Source of the DNA: Dehalococcoidia bacterium | GTDB taxonomy: Bacteria > Chloroflexota > Dehalococcoidia > Plut-88900 | Assembly: GCA_965197585.1 (NCBI GenBank) | Contig: OZ240215.1 | Coordinates: 3,040,001 to 3,104,000 of the forward strand | Length of the DNA: 64,000 nucleotides | Direction: 5' to 3' | Part shown: piece after piece, positions 47,400 through 57,580 of the stretch | How the letters are laid out: each line of letters opens with the position of its first letter | Position numbering within the stretch: position 1 is the stretch's first letter | The notes under the pieces: model-generated | What the model saw: the letters and a program-made list of their open reading frames with translations, nothing else | Database searches by the model: none | What the model was told of the DNA's origin: nothing | Made by a program: the position numbers and the translations under genes

Positions 47400-48149
47400 T
47401 CAAGAGTGAGGGATTTCTTCGCTCTGCCGGGGCTCGATCTTGGATGCGCCGGAGGTCTGGATGTCTCCCAGCCCCGGGTCTCCATCGTATATGAGCACGG
47501 AAGCGCCGCTGAGCTCGGCGTTCTCTATGGAGCCCCGCACGTTTACGGCGGCTTGGCTTGCGCCATTGAGTACCACCGAGGCGCGGTCGATAGAGAAGTG
47601 CCGGAGTTCCAGGACACTGGCGCCCGATGCGCGGACCAATAGGTTGTCAGCAGAACCGGCGAGTGTGAGCTTGCTCGCGCCGTTGATGCGGAGGTCGGCC
47701 TCCCGGGCCTCGACGTACCCTTCCAGGACGCTGGCTCCCGACAGGCTGATGCTGAGATTGTTGGCGGATGCGAAACCTTCCAGGGTGGCGCGGCTTGCAC
47801 CTGTGAGCATGACGCCCAGCAACTCGGGCATGGTGATTCGGGCTCTGAGGGTCACGTCGCTGTAATCGCCGGCCTCAAGACCGATGCGGAGGGTATCTCC
47901 CTCCTTCTCAACCTCGACCAAGTTGATCACGTTGTCGTCTGCGGAGAGAGAAACGCTGAACTGGGGCGACTCCTTGATCTCGACGTGAAATGCGTTGCCG
48001 ATGTTGACTCTCGCGAATCCTTCCAGGGGCTTGATTTGCGAAATGACATTGCCTGAGCCCGGCACCGCGGGCCTGCCTGCCTGCTTCCGCGACACCAGGA
48101 CGATCATGACTACAAGGATAATAATGACCGCGATTATTACGAGTCCCAA
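47400..48149 (-). CDS. DUF2807 (head GIN) domain membrane protein
   Basis: N-terminal TM, ADDN motif, repeated (S/N)GAS turns. Confidence 0.8.
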   Translation of the reverse strand: MGLVIIAVIIILVVMIVLVSRKQAGRPAVPGSGNVISQIKPLEGFARVNIGNAFHVEIKESPQFSVSLSADDNVINLVEVEKEGDTLRIGLEAGDYSDVTLRARITMPELLGVMLTGASRATLEGFASANNLSISLSGASVLEGYVEAREADLRINGASKLTLAGSADNLLVRASGASVLELRHFSIDRASVVLNGASQAAVNVRGSIENAELSGASVLIYDGDPGLGDIQTSGASKIEPRQSEEIPHS

Positions 48150-48203
48150 GTCGTTCTCTCTTCCTTGAGGAGGGTGGGGAGTGCGGGAGCGTGGAGGTCC
48201 ATG

Positions 48204-49169
48204 CTAGCCGGCCTCCGGCCCTGACTGCCTGACCAACTTTTGCAGGCTGCGCATCTCCCTGGGGTTTTCAGAGTGCCTGGCGACCATTGTCCAGGATACC
48301 TCTGCGACATAAACGTCCCCGCGGGAGTCGACGGTGATGCCGTGGGCAGCGAGGAACTGTCCGGGGCCCTCTCCCTGTGTGGGCATTCCCAGGCGGGCCA
48401 AAAGCTTGCCATCGACGGTGTAGACGCTGACCCGGTTGCCGACGTTCGGTGCATCGGCGAAATAGGAGTCTCCGCAGAGCTCGGCAATGTAAAGGTTGCC
48501 GTCGGGGCCGAGGGCCATGCCCGCGGGTTTCCAGATGTTCTGCCAGATGTGCTGCAGCTTGCCCTTTGTATCGAAAATCTGGACGCGGTTGCACTCCCGG
48601 TCGCCGACTATAACGTTGTCGTTGTTGTCTACGAGGATAGTGTGGGGGATGACGAACTCACCGGGGTCGATGCCCGGGCCTCCCCATGAGAATAGGTGGC
48701 GTCCATCGGGGCTGTATTTGTGGACGCGGGAGTTGCCGTAGCCGTCGGAGATGAACAGGTCTCCGTTCTTGGGCGAAACGGCCACTTTGGTGGGTTCGTT
48801 AAAGGCGTGGCCGCTCCAGCGGGTGGAAGGCTCGTGGGGTACGCCGATGGTGGATACGACGCGTCCGTCGAGGGTGCAGCGGCGTACGCTGTGGTCCTTC
48901 TGGTCGGCCAGGTACATGGTGTCGTTGGGGGCGTAGGTGATGCCGTGGGCGGTGGTGAATACGCCCTCTCCCCAAGACCCGACAAAAGAGCCGTCGGCTT
49001 CGAAAACTATAACGGGGTGTTCCCCGCGGTTGAAGACGTAGACGCGGTCGTTGGAGTCTACGGCGACGTCGGCGCATTCCTTGAAAGACCAGCCGTCGGG
49101 AAGCTGCGCCCAGCCCTCTTGGGGCGCATACGTGAACTCTCCGCTGCCTAGGGAAACCGATGTGGACAT
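48204..49169 (-). CDS. NHL-repeat protein (peptidyl-alpha-hydroxyglycine lyase-like)
   Basis: VAVDSNDRVYVFNRGEHPV, SDGYGNSRVHKY, HGITVDSRGDVYVAEVS. Confidence 0.88.
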   Translation of the reverse strand: MSTSVSLGSGEFTYAPQEGWAQLPDGWSFKECADVAVDSNDRVYVFNRGEHPVIVFEADGSFVGSWGEGVFTTAHGITYAPNDTMYLADQKDHSVRRCTLDGRVVSTIGVPHEPSTRWSGHAFNEPTKVAVSPKNGDLFISDGYGNSRVHKYSPDGRHLFSWGGPGIDPGEFVIPHTILVDNNDNVIVGDRECNRVQIFDTKGKLQHIWQNIWKPAGMALGPDGNLYIAELCGDSYFADAPNVGNRVSVYTVDGKLLARLGMPTQGEGPGQFLAAHGITVDSRGDVYVAEVSWTMVARHSENPREMRSLQKLVRQSGPEAG

Positions 49170-49214
49170 TTAGCACCCCCTGCCCCTGGGTCGGGGCGTA
49201 ATTACCGGCTCATC

Positions 49215-50459
49215 CTAAGGAGGGTCAGGGTGTAAGTCAATCGGGGTGCGCTTTCCGAAGGCTGAAAGAAGGAGCGCCGAGATGCTGAGACTCAGGCTCC
49301 CGAAGGAGATTATGAACAGGGCGTACCGGAGATCCTGGGTGGCATCGGCGATGACGCCGACCACCAGGGGCCCGAGAAAACCGCCAACCCACAAGAGGGT
49401 AAACATCACCGACACGGCGACGGTGAGCTCCCGGGGGCGGATGTTCGGGAGCTCGTAAAGCTCGGTCACCATCAGTGGGAAGTAGCAGAAGCCGATGCCG
49501 TTGATGAAGCCGAGGAGAAGGAGCAAGGCGGGGGAGTCGGTATACAACAAGCCGACAAAGGACCCCCAAGTGAGAAAGCCGCACACGAAGAGCACCATTG
49601 AAGGATGTTTGACCAGGGACGGGATGATGGAGACGGCGAGCTTGCCGGGGGTGCTGGCAATGGAGACCATGCCAATCACGATACCGCTGAAGGTGAGAGA
49701 GATGGCAAAGACGTCCTGCGTGAATGTGGGCCAGAAGGTGGTGAACCCGATCCGAGCGGCGATGGCGCCACCGGTGCCGAACCCCATTAACCAGGGCTCC
49801 CTGTACTTGAACAGGGCCGTCAGCGGAGTCCCGACCTGGGACTGGATGCCGGCCCGATACTCGGGCGTGTAGCGGTCCTTGCCAAGGACCAGCCAGACAA
49901 GGGCTGCGGCGAAGATGATGGCGGCCCAGACATAGAGGGTTAGCCGCCAATCCGCCAGGATGCCCAGGACGATGGGGATTACGATGAACCCGACCCCGCT
50001 CATGCTATCGATAACGCTGAAGACTATCCCGTTGGCCAGGGGAATACGTCGGCGGGAAACCCACTGAAGCAGTACTAGGGTCCTGGGCACTTTGCAGACG
50101 ACGTAGGCAAAGCCAAGGAGGAGCCGCATGGCCAGAAAGATGATGAAGTTCGGGGACCAGCCGTTGAGGACGGTAAAGAGGGCTGAAGCGATAAAGGCGA
50201 TGCTGGCCACGCGCCAGGGCCGGTAGCGAGAGAGCCACGCGTTGGCAGGAATTTCGAAGACGAGGTTGCCGACTACCACCGCGGAAGAGAGGAGACCCTG
50301 CTGAGTACCGCTCAGGTCCATCTCGTCCGATATGGAGGGGAGGAGAAGACCGATAGTCAGGGCAGCAATGTCGACGAGAGAATAGTTGGCGAGGAACGTG
50401 CCGATGACCACCCAGGCGTAGGTGGGAGAGTCGGTGGGCCTGCGGAGGAGACGCATCAT
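49215..50459 (-). CDS. MFS transporter
   Basis: About 12 TM segments; paralog of next gene (RYRPWR, YREPW); start uncertain (50459 or 50504). Confidence 0.8.
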   Translation of the reverse strand: MMRLLRRPTDSPTYAWVVIGTFLANYSLVDIAALTIGLLLPSISDEMDLSGTQQGLLSSAVVVGNLVFEIPANAWLSRYRPWRVASIAFIASALFTVLNGWSPNFIIFLAMRLLLGFAYVVCKVPRTLVLLQWVSRRRIPLANGIVFSVIDSMSGVGFIVIPIVLGILADWRLTLYVWAAIIFAAALVWLVLGKDRYTPEYRAGIQSQVGTPLTALFKYREPWLMGFGTGGAIAARIGFTTFWPTFTQDVFAISLTFSGIVIGMVSIASTPGKLAVSIIPSLVKHPSMVLFVCGFLTWGSFVGLLYTDSPALLLLLGFINGIGFCYFPLMVTELYELPNIRPRELTVAVSVMFTLLWVGGFLGPLVVGVIADATQDLRYALFIISFGSLSLSISALLLSAFGKRTPIDLHPDPP

Positions 50460-50478
50460 GGGCAAAACCTTGATGCAC

Positions 50479-51708
50479 TCACGGGACCACAGGTGTGAGC
50501 TCATCGTCCGGACGCCGCCCGATTAAAGCCAGGATCACGCCGGAGGTGGAGAGGGTCAAAGGGCCGAAGGCGGCGACCAGCAGCCCCGTGCCGAGATCGT
50601 CGAATATGTCTCCTATAGTTCCTGTGATCAACGGGCCTAGAGCCGAACCGGCCCACAGGCAGCTGAAGTAGACGGCCACCGCTACCGCCACTTCCCGCTC
50701 CTTGATGCCGGGGAGCCGGTAGATCACGGTAAGCATCGCGGGGATGAAGCACATCGCCATTCCGTTGATGATGCCCGAAAGAAACTGAAGGGGCGCGGTC
50801 CCGCTAAACAGCATGCCGAAAGAGCTGGCGGACATTACCAGGCCGCACGCCACGAGAAGGTAAGGTGTGCGGGCGGCGATGGCGGAGGAGAGGGTCACTC
50901 CCAGGATCATCGGGCCCTTGATCATGCTGGCGATGCCCAGGATGAGGCCTACGGTGACAAGGGCCGTCCCGTATGTATCGTCCAGGTAGGTAGGCCAGAA
51001 AGTGGCGTAGGCGGACCGAGCCCCGGTGATGCCCGCCACCCCGGCCCCGAGTATCCAAGGCTCCTTGTAGCGAAATATGACCATCAGGGGGGTGCCGGCT
51101 GCCACGCTGGTGGGCTGGGGCAGCTCGGCGCTCGAGCGGTCCCGGCCCCATAAGAACCATAGGGCTGCGCCGACACCACAGACTATTGCCCAGATGTAGA
51201 GAGTTTCTCGCCAATCCCCGACCAGCCAGAGTATGGCGGGAACCACGATGAATCCGACGCCGATGACCGTTTCCAGGATGCTGAATAGGACGCCGTTGGC
51301 CATACCGATTTGGCGGCTCGGAATCCAGTGGATGACGAGTATGGTGCGGGATGCCTGGGTGCTTAGGTAGGTCATTCCTAGGCTCACCCGGGCTATGAAG
51401 AGAATGGCAAGGGTCGGGGCAATCCCGTTGAAGCCGACAAAGATGGCCGCGGCGGAAAAGGACACGACGGAGGAGCGCCAGGGGCGGAAGCGGGAGAAGA
51501 GCCAGTTGGAGGGCACCTCGAAGATGAGGTTGCTGAACATGACAGAGGCACTGAGCCAGCCCTGCTCGGTGAGGGAGAGGTCGAGTTCGTCGGACATCTG
51601 CGGAAGCAGGAAGCCTATAGTCTCGATGGCGATGACGACCATGGAGTAGTTAAAGGCGAACATGCCCAGTAGGGTCCAGCCGTAATGTTGACCCCTTGGC
51701 GAAAACAT
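50479..51708 (-). CDS. MFS transporter
   Basis: About 12 TM segments; RFRPWR, YKEPW. Confidence 0.8.
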   Translation of the reverse strand: MFSPRGQHYGWTLLGMFAFNYSMVVIAIETIGFLLPQMSDELDLSLTEQGWLSASVMFSNLIFEVPSNWLFSRFRPWRSSVVSFSAAAIFVGFNGIAPTLAILFIARVSLGMTYLSTQASRTILVIHWIPSRQIGMANGVLFSILETVIGVGFIVVPAILWLVGDWRETLYIWAIVCGVGAALWFLWGRDRSSAELPQPTSVAAGTPLMVIFRYKEPWILGAGVAGITGARSAYATFWPTYLDDTYGTALVTVGLILGIASMIKGPMILGVTLSSAIAARTPYLLVACGLVMSASSFGMLFSGTAPLQFLSGIINGMAMCFIPAMLTVIYRLPGIKEREVAVAVAVYFSCLWAGSALGPLITGTIGDIFDDLGTGLLVAAFGPLTLSTSGVILALIGRRPDDELTPVVP

Positions 51709-51782
51709 GGCGCCTAGCTTAACACGGTAGGTTGAAACTAGGGATGTAGTAGAATGGCGGGGAAACGCTGGAGGGGGTGGGC

Positions 51783-52898
51783 ATGTCTAAGAACGGCTTC
51801 CGCATAATCGACTCCGATATGCACGTCATGGAGCCGACCGACCTTTGGGAGCGCTACATCGACCCCGCGTACTCCGACCGATCTCCCAAGTCAGTCCCTC
51901 GCCACCGCGGTGACCTCGTGATGCGGGTCGAGGGTCGAGAGATGGCCGCCGAGGCCCAGTGGGAGATAGAGTTGGCGGACGACCCAAACTGGCTCGCCAG
52001 CTACGCCGACGGTCTTGCCAATGGCTGGGACGGCCCTTCCCAGCGAAGAGCAATGGACAGCGAGGGCCTGGATTTGGCCATCCTCTATCCAAGCCGCGGG
52101 CTCTACGCCCTGGCCGTTGACGGGATGGACCCGGCGCTGGCATCGGCCATTGCCGTGGCCTACAACGATTGGCTATTCGACTTCTGCGCCGCGGACCGCG
52201 CCCGGATGCTCGGGGCGGGGATGGTCTCTCCCTTCGACGTGGGAAGTGCAGTTGAAGAAGCTCGGCGCTCGGTCATGGAGATGGGCTTCAAGGCCGTGTT
52301 CATGCGGCCGAACGTGGTCAACGGGCGCAACTGGTACGACACCTGCTACGATCCCCTTTGGGCCGAGATCGAAGACCTGAACGTCCCCTTAGGCTTCCAT
52401 GAAGGGTCGGATGCCGGTGTCCCACAGACAGGCGATCAATTCCTCGCCGATAGCTGGTTGATGCACCACACTTGCACCCACCCGATGGAGATGATGCTGG
52501 CCCTCGTGAGCATGGTGGGGGGCGGGGTTTTGGCACGGTTCCCTAAACTGCGAGTCGGGTTCCTTGAGGGCAACTGCTCGTGGACGCCCTGGATGCTGTG
52601 GCGTCTGGATGAGCACTACGAGCTTGTCGGCAGGCACGAGTCCCCGGAACTCACGCTGGAACCGACGGAGTACTTCCTGCGGCAGTGCTGGGTCTCGGTG
52701 GAGGCGGACGAAGAGCCGGCCCGCTTCATCGAAGGGTCGGGGCTGGAGGGGAACGTGGTATTCTCAACCGACTATCCACACAAGGATTCCAAGTATCCCA
52801 AGGCCGTGGAAGCGTTTCTCGGGACTGGCTTTTCTGAGGAGACCAAGTGCCGGATATTGTGGGACAATTGTGTGCGGATGTACGGGTTGGGGATCTAG
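51783..52898 (+). CDS. Amidohydrolase_2 family protein
   Basis: IIDSDMHVMEP, YDPLW, GFLEG, FSTDYPH. Confidence 0.9.
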   Translation: MSKNGFRIIDSDMHVMEPTDLWERYIDPAYSDRSPKSVPRHRGDLVMRVEGREMAAEAQWEIELADDPNWLASYADGLANGWDGPSQRRAMDSEGLDLAILYPSRGLYALAVDGMDPALASAIAVAYNDWLFDFCAADRARMLGAGMVSPFDVGSAVEEARRSVMEMGFKAVFMRPNVVNGRNWYDTCYDPLWAEIEDLNVPLGFHEGSDAGVPQTGDQFLADSWLMHHTCTHPMEMMLALVSMVGGGVLARFPKLRVGFLEGNCSWTPWMLWRLDEHYELVGRHESPELTLEPTEYFLRQCWVSVEADEEPARFIEGSGLEGNVVFSTDYPHKDSKYPKAVEAFLGTGFSEETKCRILWDNCVRMYGLGI

Positions 52899-52937
52899 AC
52901 GGGGATTGGCACAGGCAGGTAACGGAAGGAGCGCACC

Positions 52938-53750
52938 GTGGGTGAGCTTGATGGCAAAGTAGCGATAGTTACCGGCGCGGGCAGGTTGCGGGGTATAGGC
53001 AGAGCGGCCGCGGTGGCCCTGGCAGAGTTGGGCGCCGACGTAGTGCCCACCGGCACGGGCCGAGACCCCTCCCGCTACCCCGAAGCCGAGAAGGCCGTGG
53101 GGTGGAAGGATATCGAGAGCACGGCGGAGCAGGTACGCGCCCTAGGGCGTCGGGCCCTCCCGCTGGTTGTGGACGTGGCCAATGCCGACGACGTGGCGGA
53201 GATGGTCGAGAAAACCGTCAAGGAGCTGGGCCGCGTCGACATCCTGATTAACAACGCTGCCTTCGCCCGCGGCCCGGACCGTGTCCCGACCATCGAACTG
53301 GACGACGATATCTTCCAGAAGGTTGTCGATATTAAGATCCGAGGCACCTATCTCTGTACCAAGGCCGTTGCCAAAGTGCTGATTGCTCAGGGACAGGGAG
53401 GTAAGGTCGTCAACGTGGCATCGGTGGCGGGGAAGTCGGGTTCGGAGGACACGCTAGCCTACTGCGCGGCCAACTTCGCCCAGGTAGGGATGACCCAGAC
53501 CCTCGCCAGGGAGCTGGGTCAATTCAATGTCAACGTCAACTGCGTCTGTCCCGGCTGGGTGGACACCTCACGGCTGGACCACCTGAAGGTCGGGGACTGG
53601 TTGGACAGGATGGCAATGGAAACCCCTATCCGCAGGAACGGCTCCGACGAAGAGGTGGGAGAGTTCGTGGCCTACCTGTGCACGAAAGCCTCCTCCTGGA
53701 TTCACGGTCAGTCCATAAACATGGACGGCGGCGGATTTATGATGCACTAG
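52938..53750 (+). CDS. SDR family oxidoreductase
   Basis: TGAGRLRGIG, INNAA, YCAAN (Lys of YxxxK replaced by Asn). Confidence 0.88.
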   Translation: MGELDGKVAIVTGAGRLRGIGRAAAVALAELGADVVPTGTGRDPSRYPEAEKAVGWKDIESTAEQVRALGRRALPLVVDVANADDVAEMVEKTVKELGRVDILINNAAFARGPDRVPTIELDDDIFQKVVDIKIRGTYLCTKAVAKVLIAQGQGGKVVNVASVAGKSGSEDTLAYCAANFAQVGMTQTLARELGQFNVNVNCVCPGWVDTSRLDHLKVGDWLDRMAMETPIRRNGSDEEVGEFVAYLCTKASSWIHGQSINMDGGGFMMH

Positions 53751-55765
53751 GAGCCGGCAGGCTCCATCTCCAGAAGCACAGCGCCCTTAGTCACCTGCAT
53801 TCCGGCCTCGCAGGAGATTTTGGCTACGACGCCGTCGTAGGGAGCGGTGATCAGGTGCTCCATCTTCATGGCCTCAAGAACAATGAGAGTCTGGCGCGCC
53901 GTGACCTCATCACCTTCCTGCACCCGGACCTTTGCAACGACGCCGGGAAGCGGCGCTTTTATCCCGGTCTCGGATCCGGGACCCGCGGCCAGACCCCCGG
54001 CCTGTCCCGTGTAGACTTGGCCTGATCTGCTCAGCAGGTAGTCGGAGTTGGCGTAGTGGACCAGGAGGCCACCCTCAGTGGGGGCGACTTCTACGGCCCA
54101 GGTTTCGTCTTCGATATTGGCTTGCGTGCCGCCCCCGGGGGAGGGAGATAGAGCCAGTTCGAAGTCGTGGTCGGGGGTATGAACGGCCCAGGCCGTCGAG
54201 CCGGGCTTATTGGTAACCGTCGCAGAGACACCGTTTCCAGCATGGGTGAAGGTATAGGACATGTCGAGCCGCCCCATCCGCCAGGGCCCGGGCCTTCTCC
54301 AAATGTCACCGGCTTCCGGTACCTCTTCCCCCGACTCATAACCGGCCAGCCCTGAGGAGACAAGCTCGTGGGCTATGGCGGAAGCGAGGGCCTGGACGGG
54401 AAGCTCATCTGAAGGGATAAGAACGGGTTCGATCTGCCGGCCGACGTACTCAGTGTCTATGGCCCCCGCATTGAAGTCAGGGTCTCCAGCGATGACGCGA
54501 AGCATCTGCAGGTTGGTCGGGACACCGGAGACGACATAGGCGTCGAGGGTCTCGCTTAGGCGGCGTATGGCCTGGCCCCGGTCCTCTCCGTATACGGCGA
54601 TCTTGGCAAGTAGGGAGTCGTAGAAAACGGGCACCTCAAAACCCTGGTACACACCGACATCGTGGCGTACCCAGGGCAGAGATGGCGGCGAGAAGCGGAG
54701 CAAGGGGCCCGCGCCGGGCAGGTAGCCCGCTCCGGGATCTTCGGCGTAAACCCGGGCCTCGATGGCGTGTCCCCGCGAATGAACGGCGGACTTGTCGATG
54801 GGCAAGTGCTCTCCCGCGGCGGCGAGCAGCTGCAGCCGAACGAGGTCCAAGCCCGTGACCCACTCAGTAACCGGGTGCTCGACCTGGAGCCGGGGGTTTA
54901 CCTCAAGGAAGTAGAAATTGCCGTCGGCATCAAGCAGGAACTCGACGGTGCCGGCGTTGGTGTAGTTCACGGCGGAAGCCAGGGCGAGCGCGGAGCTTTC
55001 CAGACCTTCTCGGATCTCGGGGGTGACGGCAACCGAAGGAGTCTCTTCGATAACCTTCTGGAAGCGTCGCTGGACGGAGCACTCCCGCTCCCCGAGACTC
55101 AGCAGATTGCCGTGGGAATCGCCGATGATCTGCACCTCGATGTGCCGAGGCCGGACGATATGCTTTTCGAGGATTACGGTGTCGTTCCCGAAAGAGGAGA
55201 TGGCCTCCCGTCGGGCGCCCTCCATGGCCTCCGTAAGCTCGCCGGCCTCCGAGACGGTGCGCATTCCCCGCCCCCCACCCCCGAAAGCGGCCTTAATGAG
55301 GACGGGATAGCCGATCTCCCCGGCCTTTTGCTCTATGGCTTCGAGGTCGAGCCCCTCCATGTAGAAGCCGGGCACCACTGGTACACCGGCTTGCTGGGCA
55401 CGCTTCTTGGCCTCCGATTTGTCTCCCAGGAGGCGCAGGATATGTGGTGAAGGGCCGATGAACACTATACCGGCGGCGGCGCAGGCCTCGGCGAAATTGG
55501 CGTTTTCGGAGAGGAAGCCGTAGCCGGGATGAATGGCCTGCGCCCCGACGCTGAGTGCCGCGGAGACCACGGCATCGATATTCAGGTAGCTGGCGGTGGC
55601 GGGCCCGGGGCCGACGCGCACGGCCTCGTCGGCGAAGCGGACATGCAGGGCGTCCTTGTCGGCATCGGAGTAGATGGCGACTGTGGATATTCCCATGTCG
55701 CGGCAGGTGCGCATCACCCGAACGGCGATCTCGCCCCGGTTGGCTATGAGGACTTTGTCAAACAT
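53747..55765 (-). CDS. Biotin carboxylase with biotin carrier (methylcrotonyl-CoA carboxylase alpha-like)
   Basis: IANRGEIA, HPGYGFLSEN, RECSVQRR, RLQVEHPVTE, EAMKM. Confidence 0.93.
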   Translation of the reverse strand: MFDKVLIANRGEIAVRVMRTCRDMGISTVAIYSDADKDALHVRFADEAVRVGPGPATASYLNIDAVVSAALSVGAQAIHPGYGFLSENANFAEACAAAGIVFIGPSPHILRLLGDKSEAKKRAQQAGVPVVPGFYMEGLDLEAIEQKAGEIGYPVLIKAAFGGGGRGMRTVSEAGELTEAMEGARREAISSFGNDTVILEKHIVRPRHIEVQIIGDSHGNLLSLGERECSVQRRFQKVIEETPSVAVTPEIREGLESSALALASAVNYTNAGTVEFLLDADGNFYFLEVNPRLQVEHPVTEWVTGLDLVRLQLLAAAGEHLPIDKSAVHSRGHAIEARVYAEDPGAGYLPGAGPLLRFSPPSLPWVRHDVGVYQGFEVPVFYDSLLAKIAVYGEDRGQAIRRLSETLDAYVVSGVPTNLQMLRVIAGDPDFNAGAIDTEYVGRQIEPVLIPSDELPVQALASAIAHELVSSGLAGYESGEEVPEAGDIWRRPGPWRMGRLDMSYTFTHAGNGVSATVTNKPGSTAWAVHTPDHDFELALSPSPGGGTQANIEDETWAVEVAPTEGGLLVHYANSDYLLSRSGQVYTGQAGGLAAGPGSETGIKAPLPGVVAKVRVQEGDEVTARQTLIVLEAMKMEHLITAPYDGVVAKISCEAGMQVTKGAVLLEMEPAGS

Positions 55766-55787
55766 GAGAGTTACTTTCGGGTTGGGG

Positions 55788-57422
55788 TCACATTCTGAAG
55801 ACGCCGAAGCGCGTTTCGGGAACGGGAGCGTTGAGAGCGGCTGAGATGCCGAGGGCCAGGACCATGCGGGTGTCGACGGGGTCTATGATGCCGTCGTCCC
55901 AGAGGCGGGCGGTGGAGTAGTAGGGGCTGCCCTCAGCCTCGTAGCGTTCCAGGATGGGAGCCTTGAACTCGTCCTGCGCCTGCTGGGTCATGGACTCGCC
56001 CTTGACCTTCAGGTTGTCGACGCGAAGGGTAAGAAGGACGTTGGCCGCCTCCCGACCCCCCATCACGGAGATGCGGGCGTTGGGCCACATCCATAGCTGC
56101 CGGGAGTTGTAGGCCCGGCCGCACATGCCGAAGTTTCCCGCCCCAAAGGACCCCCCGAATATCAGGGTGAACTTGGGGACCTGGGCATTGGATACGGCCA
56201 TGACCAGCTTCGCCCCGTCTTTTGCCAGGCCCCGGTTTTCGTACTCCTTGCCTACCATGAAACCAGTGATGTTTTGCATGAACAGCAGAGGCACCTTGCG
56301 CTGGCAGCAGAGCTCCACGAAGTGAGCGCCCTTCAGAGATGACTCGGAGAAGAGGATGCCGTTGTTGGCGACTATGCCTATGGGGTAGCCCATGACTCGC
56401 CCAAAGCCGCAGACAAGGGATTCGCCGTAGAGAGCCTTGAACTCCTGGAACTCGGAGCCATCGACCAGGCGGGCGATGATCTCACGGGTGTCGATGAAGG
56501 TCCGGAGGTCCTTGGGGAGAAGGCCGTAAAGCTCCTGGGGATCGTAGGCGGGTGGGCGGGGTGGGGTGAGCTCCCAGGGAAGCTCCTTCTTAACGGGGAT
56601 GCCGGATACGATTTCCCGGGTGATGGCGATGGCCTCTTCGTCGTTGGCGGCGTAGTGGTCGGAGACGCCCGAGATCCGGGTGTGGACGTCGGCCCCGCCA
56701 AGTTCCTCGACGGTGACTTCTTCGCCCGTGGCAGCCTTCACGAGGGCCGGCCCGCCGATAAATATGGATCCCGTGCCCTTCACGATAATCGACTCGTCGG
56801 CGATTGCGGGAACGTAGGCGCCGCCGGCTGTGCAGAAGCCCATAACCACGGCAATCTGCGCGATGCCCTGGGAGGACATTACCGATTCGTTGTAGAAGAC
56901 ACGGCCAAAGTGTTCCTTGTCGGGGAACACATCGGCCTGCAGGGGAAGAAATGCGCCTGCGGAATCGACCATGTAGATACAGGGGAGCCGGTTTTGCTGG
57001 GCTATCTCCTGGGCCCTAAGGTGCTTTTTGACGGTGAGGGGATAGTAGGCGCCGGCCTTAACGGTGGCGTCGTTGGCCATGATCATGCACTCGCGGCCAC
57101 TGACCATGCCGATGCCCGTGACTATGCCCGCGGAATGGGCCTGTCCGTCGTACATCTCCCAGGCGGCCAGGGGGCTGAACTCGAGGAAGGGACTGTCGTG
57201 ATCGACAAGCTTTTCGATGCGCTCGCGGGCGGTCATCTTGCCTCGGGCCCTATGGCGGGCGACGGAGGCCGCGGGACCGCCCTTCTTTACGACCTCCAGC
57301 CGTTCCCTCAGCTGCTCCAGCAGGCCGATCTGGTGGGCCCGGTTCTCCTGGAATGCCGGATCCTTGGTGTCGACGTAGCTGCGGATGACGTTGAATTTTC
57401 TTTCGCCTGCTGCAATAACCAA
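55788..57422 (-). CDS. Carboxyltransferase (methylcrotonyl-CoA carboxylase beta-like)
   Basis: [35 protein letters not shown] end. Confidence 0.93.
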   Translation of the reverse strand: MVIAAGERKFNVIRSYVDTKDPAFQENRAHQIGLLEQLRERLEVVKKGGPAASVARHRARGKMTARERIEKLVDHDSPFLEFSPLAAWEMYDGQAHSAGIVTGIGMVSGRECMIMANDATVKAGAYYPLTVKKHLRAQEIAQQNRLPCIYMVDSAGAFLPLQADVFPDKEHFGRVFYNESVMSSQGIAQIAVVMGFCTAGGAYVPAIADESIIVKGTGSIFIGGPALVKAATGEEVTVEELGGADVHTRISGVSDHYAANDEEAIAITREIVSGIPVKKELPWELTPPRPPAYDPQELYGLLPKDLRTFIDTREIIARLVDGSEFQEFKALYGESLVCGFGRVMGYPIGIVANNGILFSESSLKGAHFVELCCQRKVPLLFMQNITGFMVGKEYENRGLAKDGAKLVMAVSNAQVPKFTLIFGGSFGAGNFGMCGRAYNSRQLWMWPNARISVMGGREAANVLLTLRVDNLKVKGESMTQQAQDEFKAPILERYEAEGSPYYSTARLWDDGIIDPVDTRMVLALGISAALNAPVPETRFGVFRM

Positions 57423-57580
57423 GATATTTCTCCTTTTACAAAGCAGACCCTCGGAGCGTTAAACCCAAGGCCTGCCGGGGAAATGTTAAGGATGTGCCGG
57501 ATGAAGTGTCAAGCCGGGGGTAGGCAGTGGAGCATGTGCTATCCTGTTTTCAGCTTGTCAGTGCGGTGAGGAGGCAGCCC

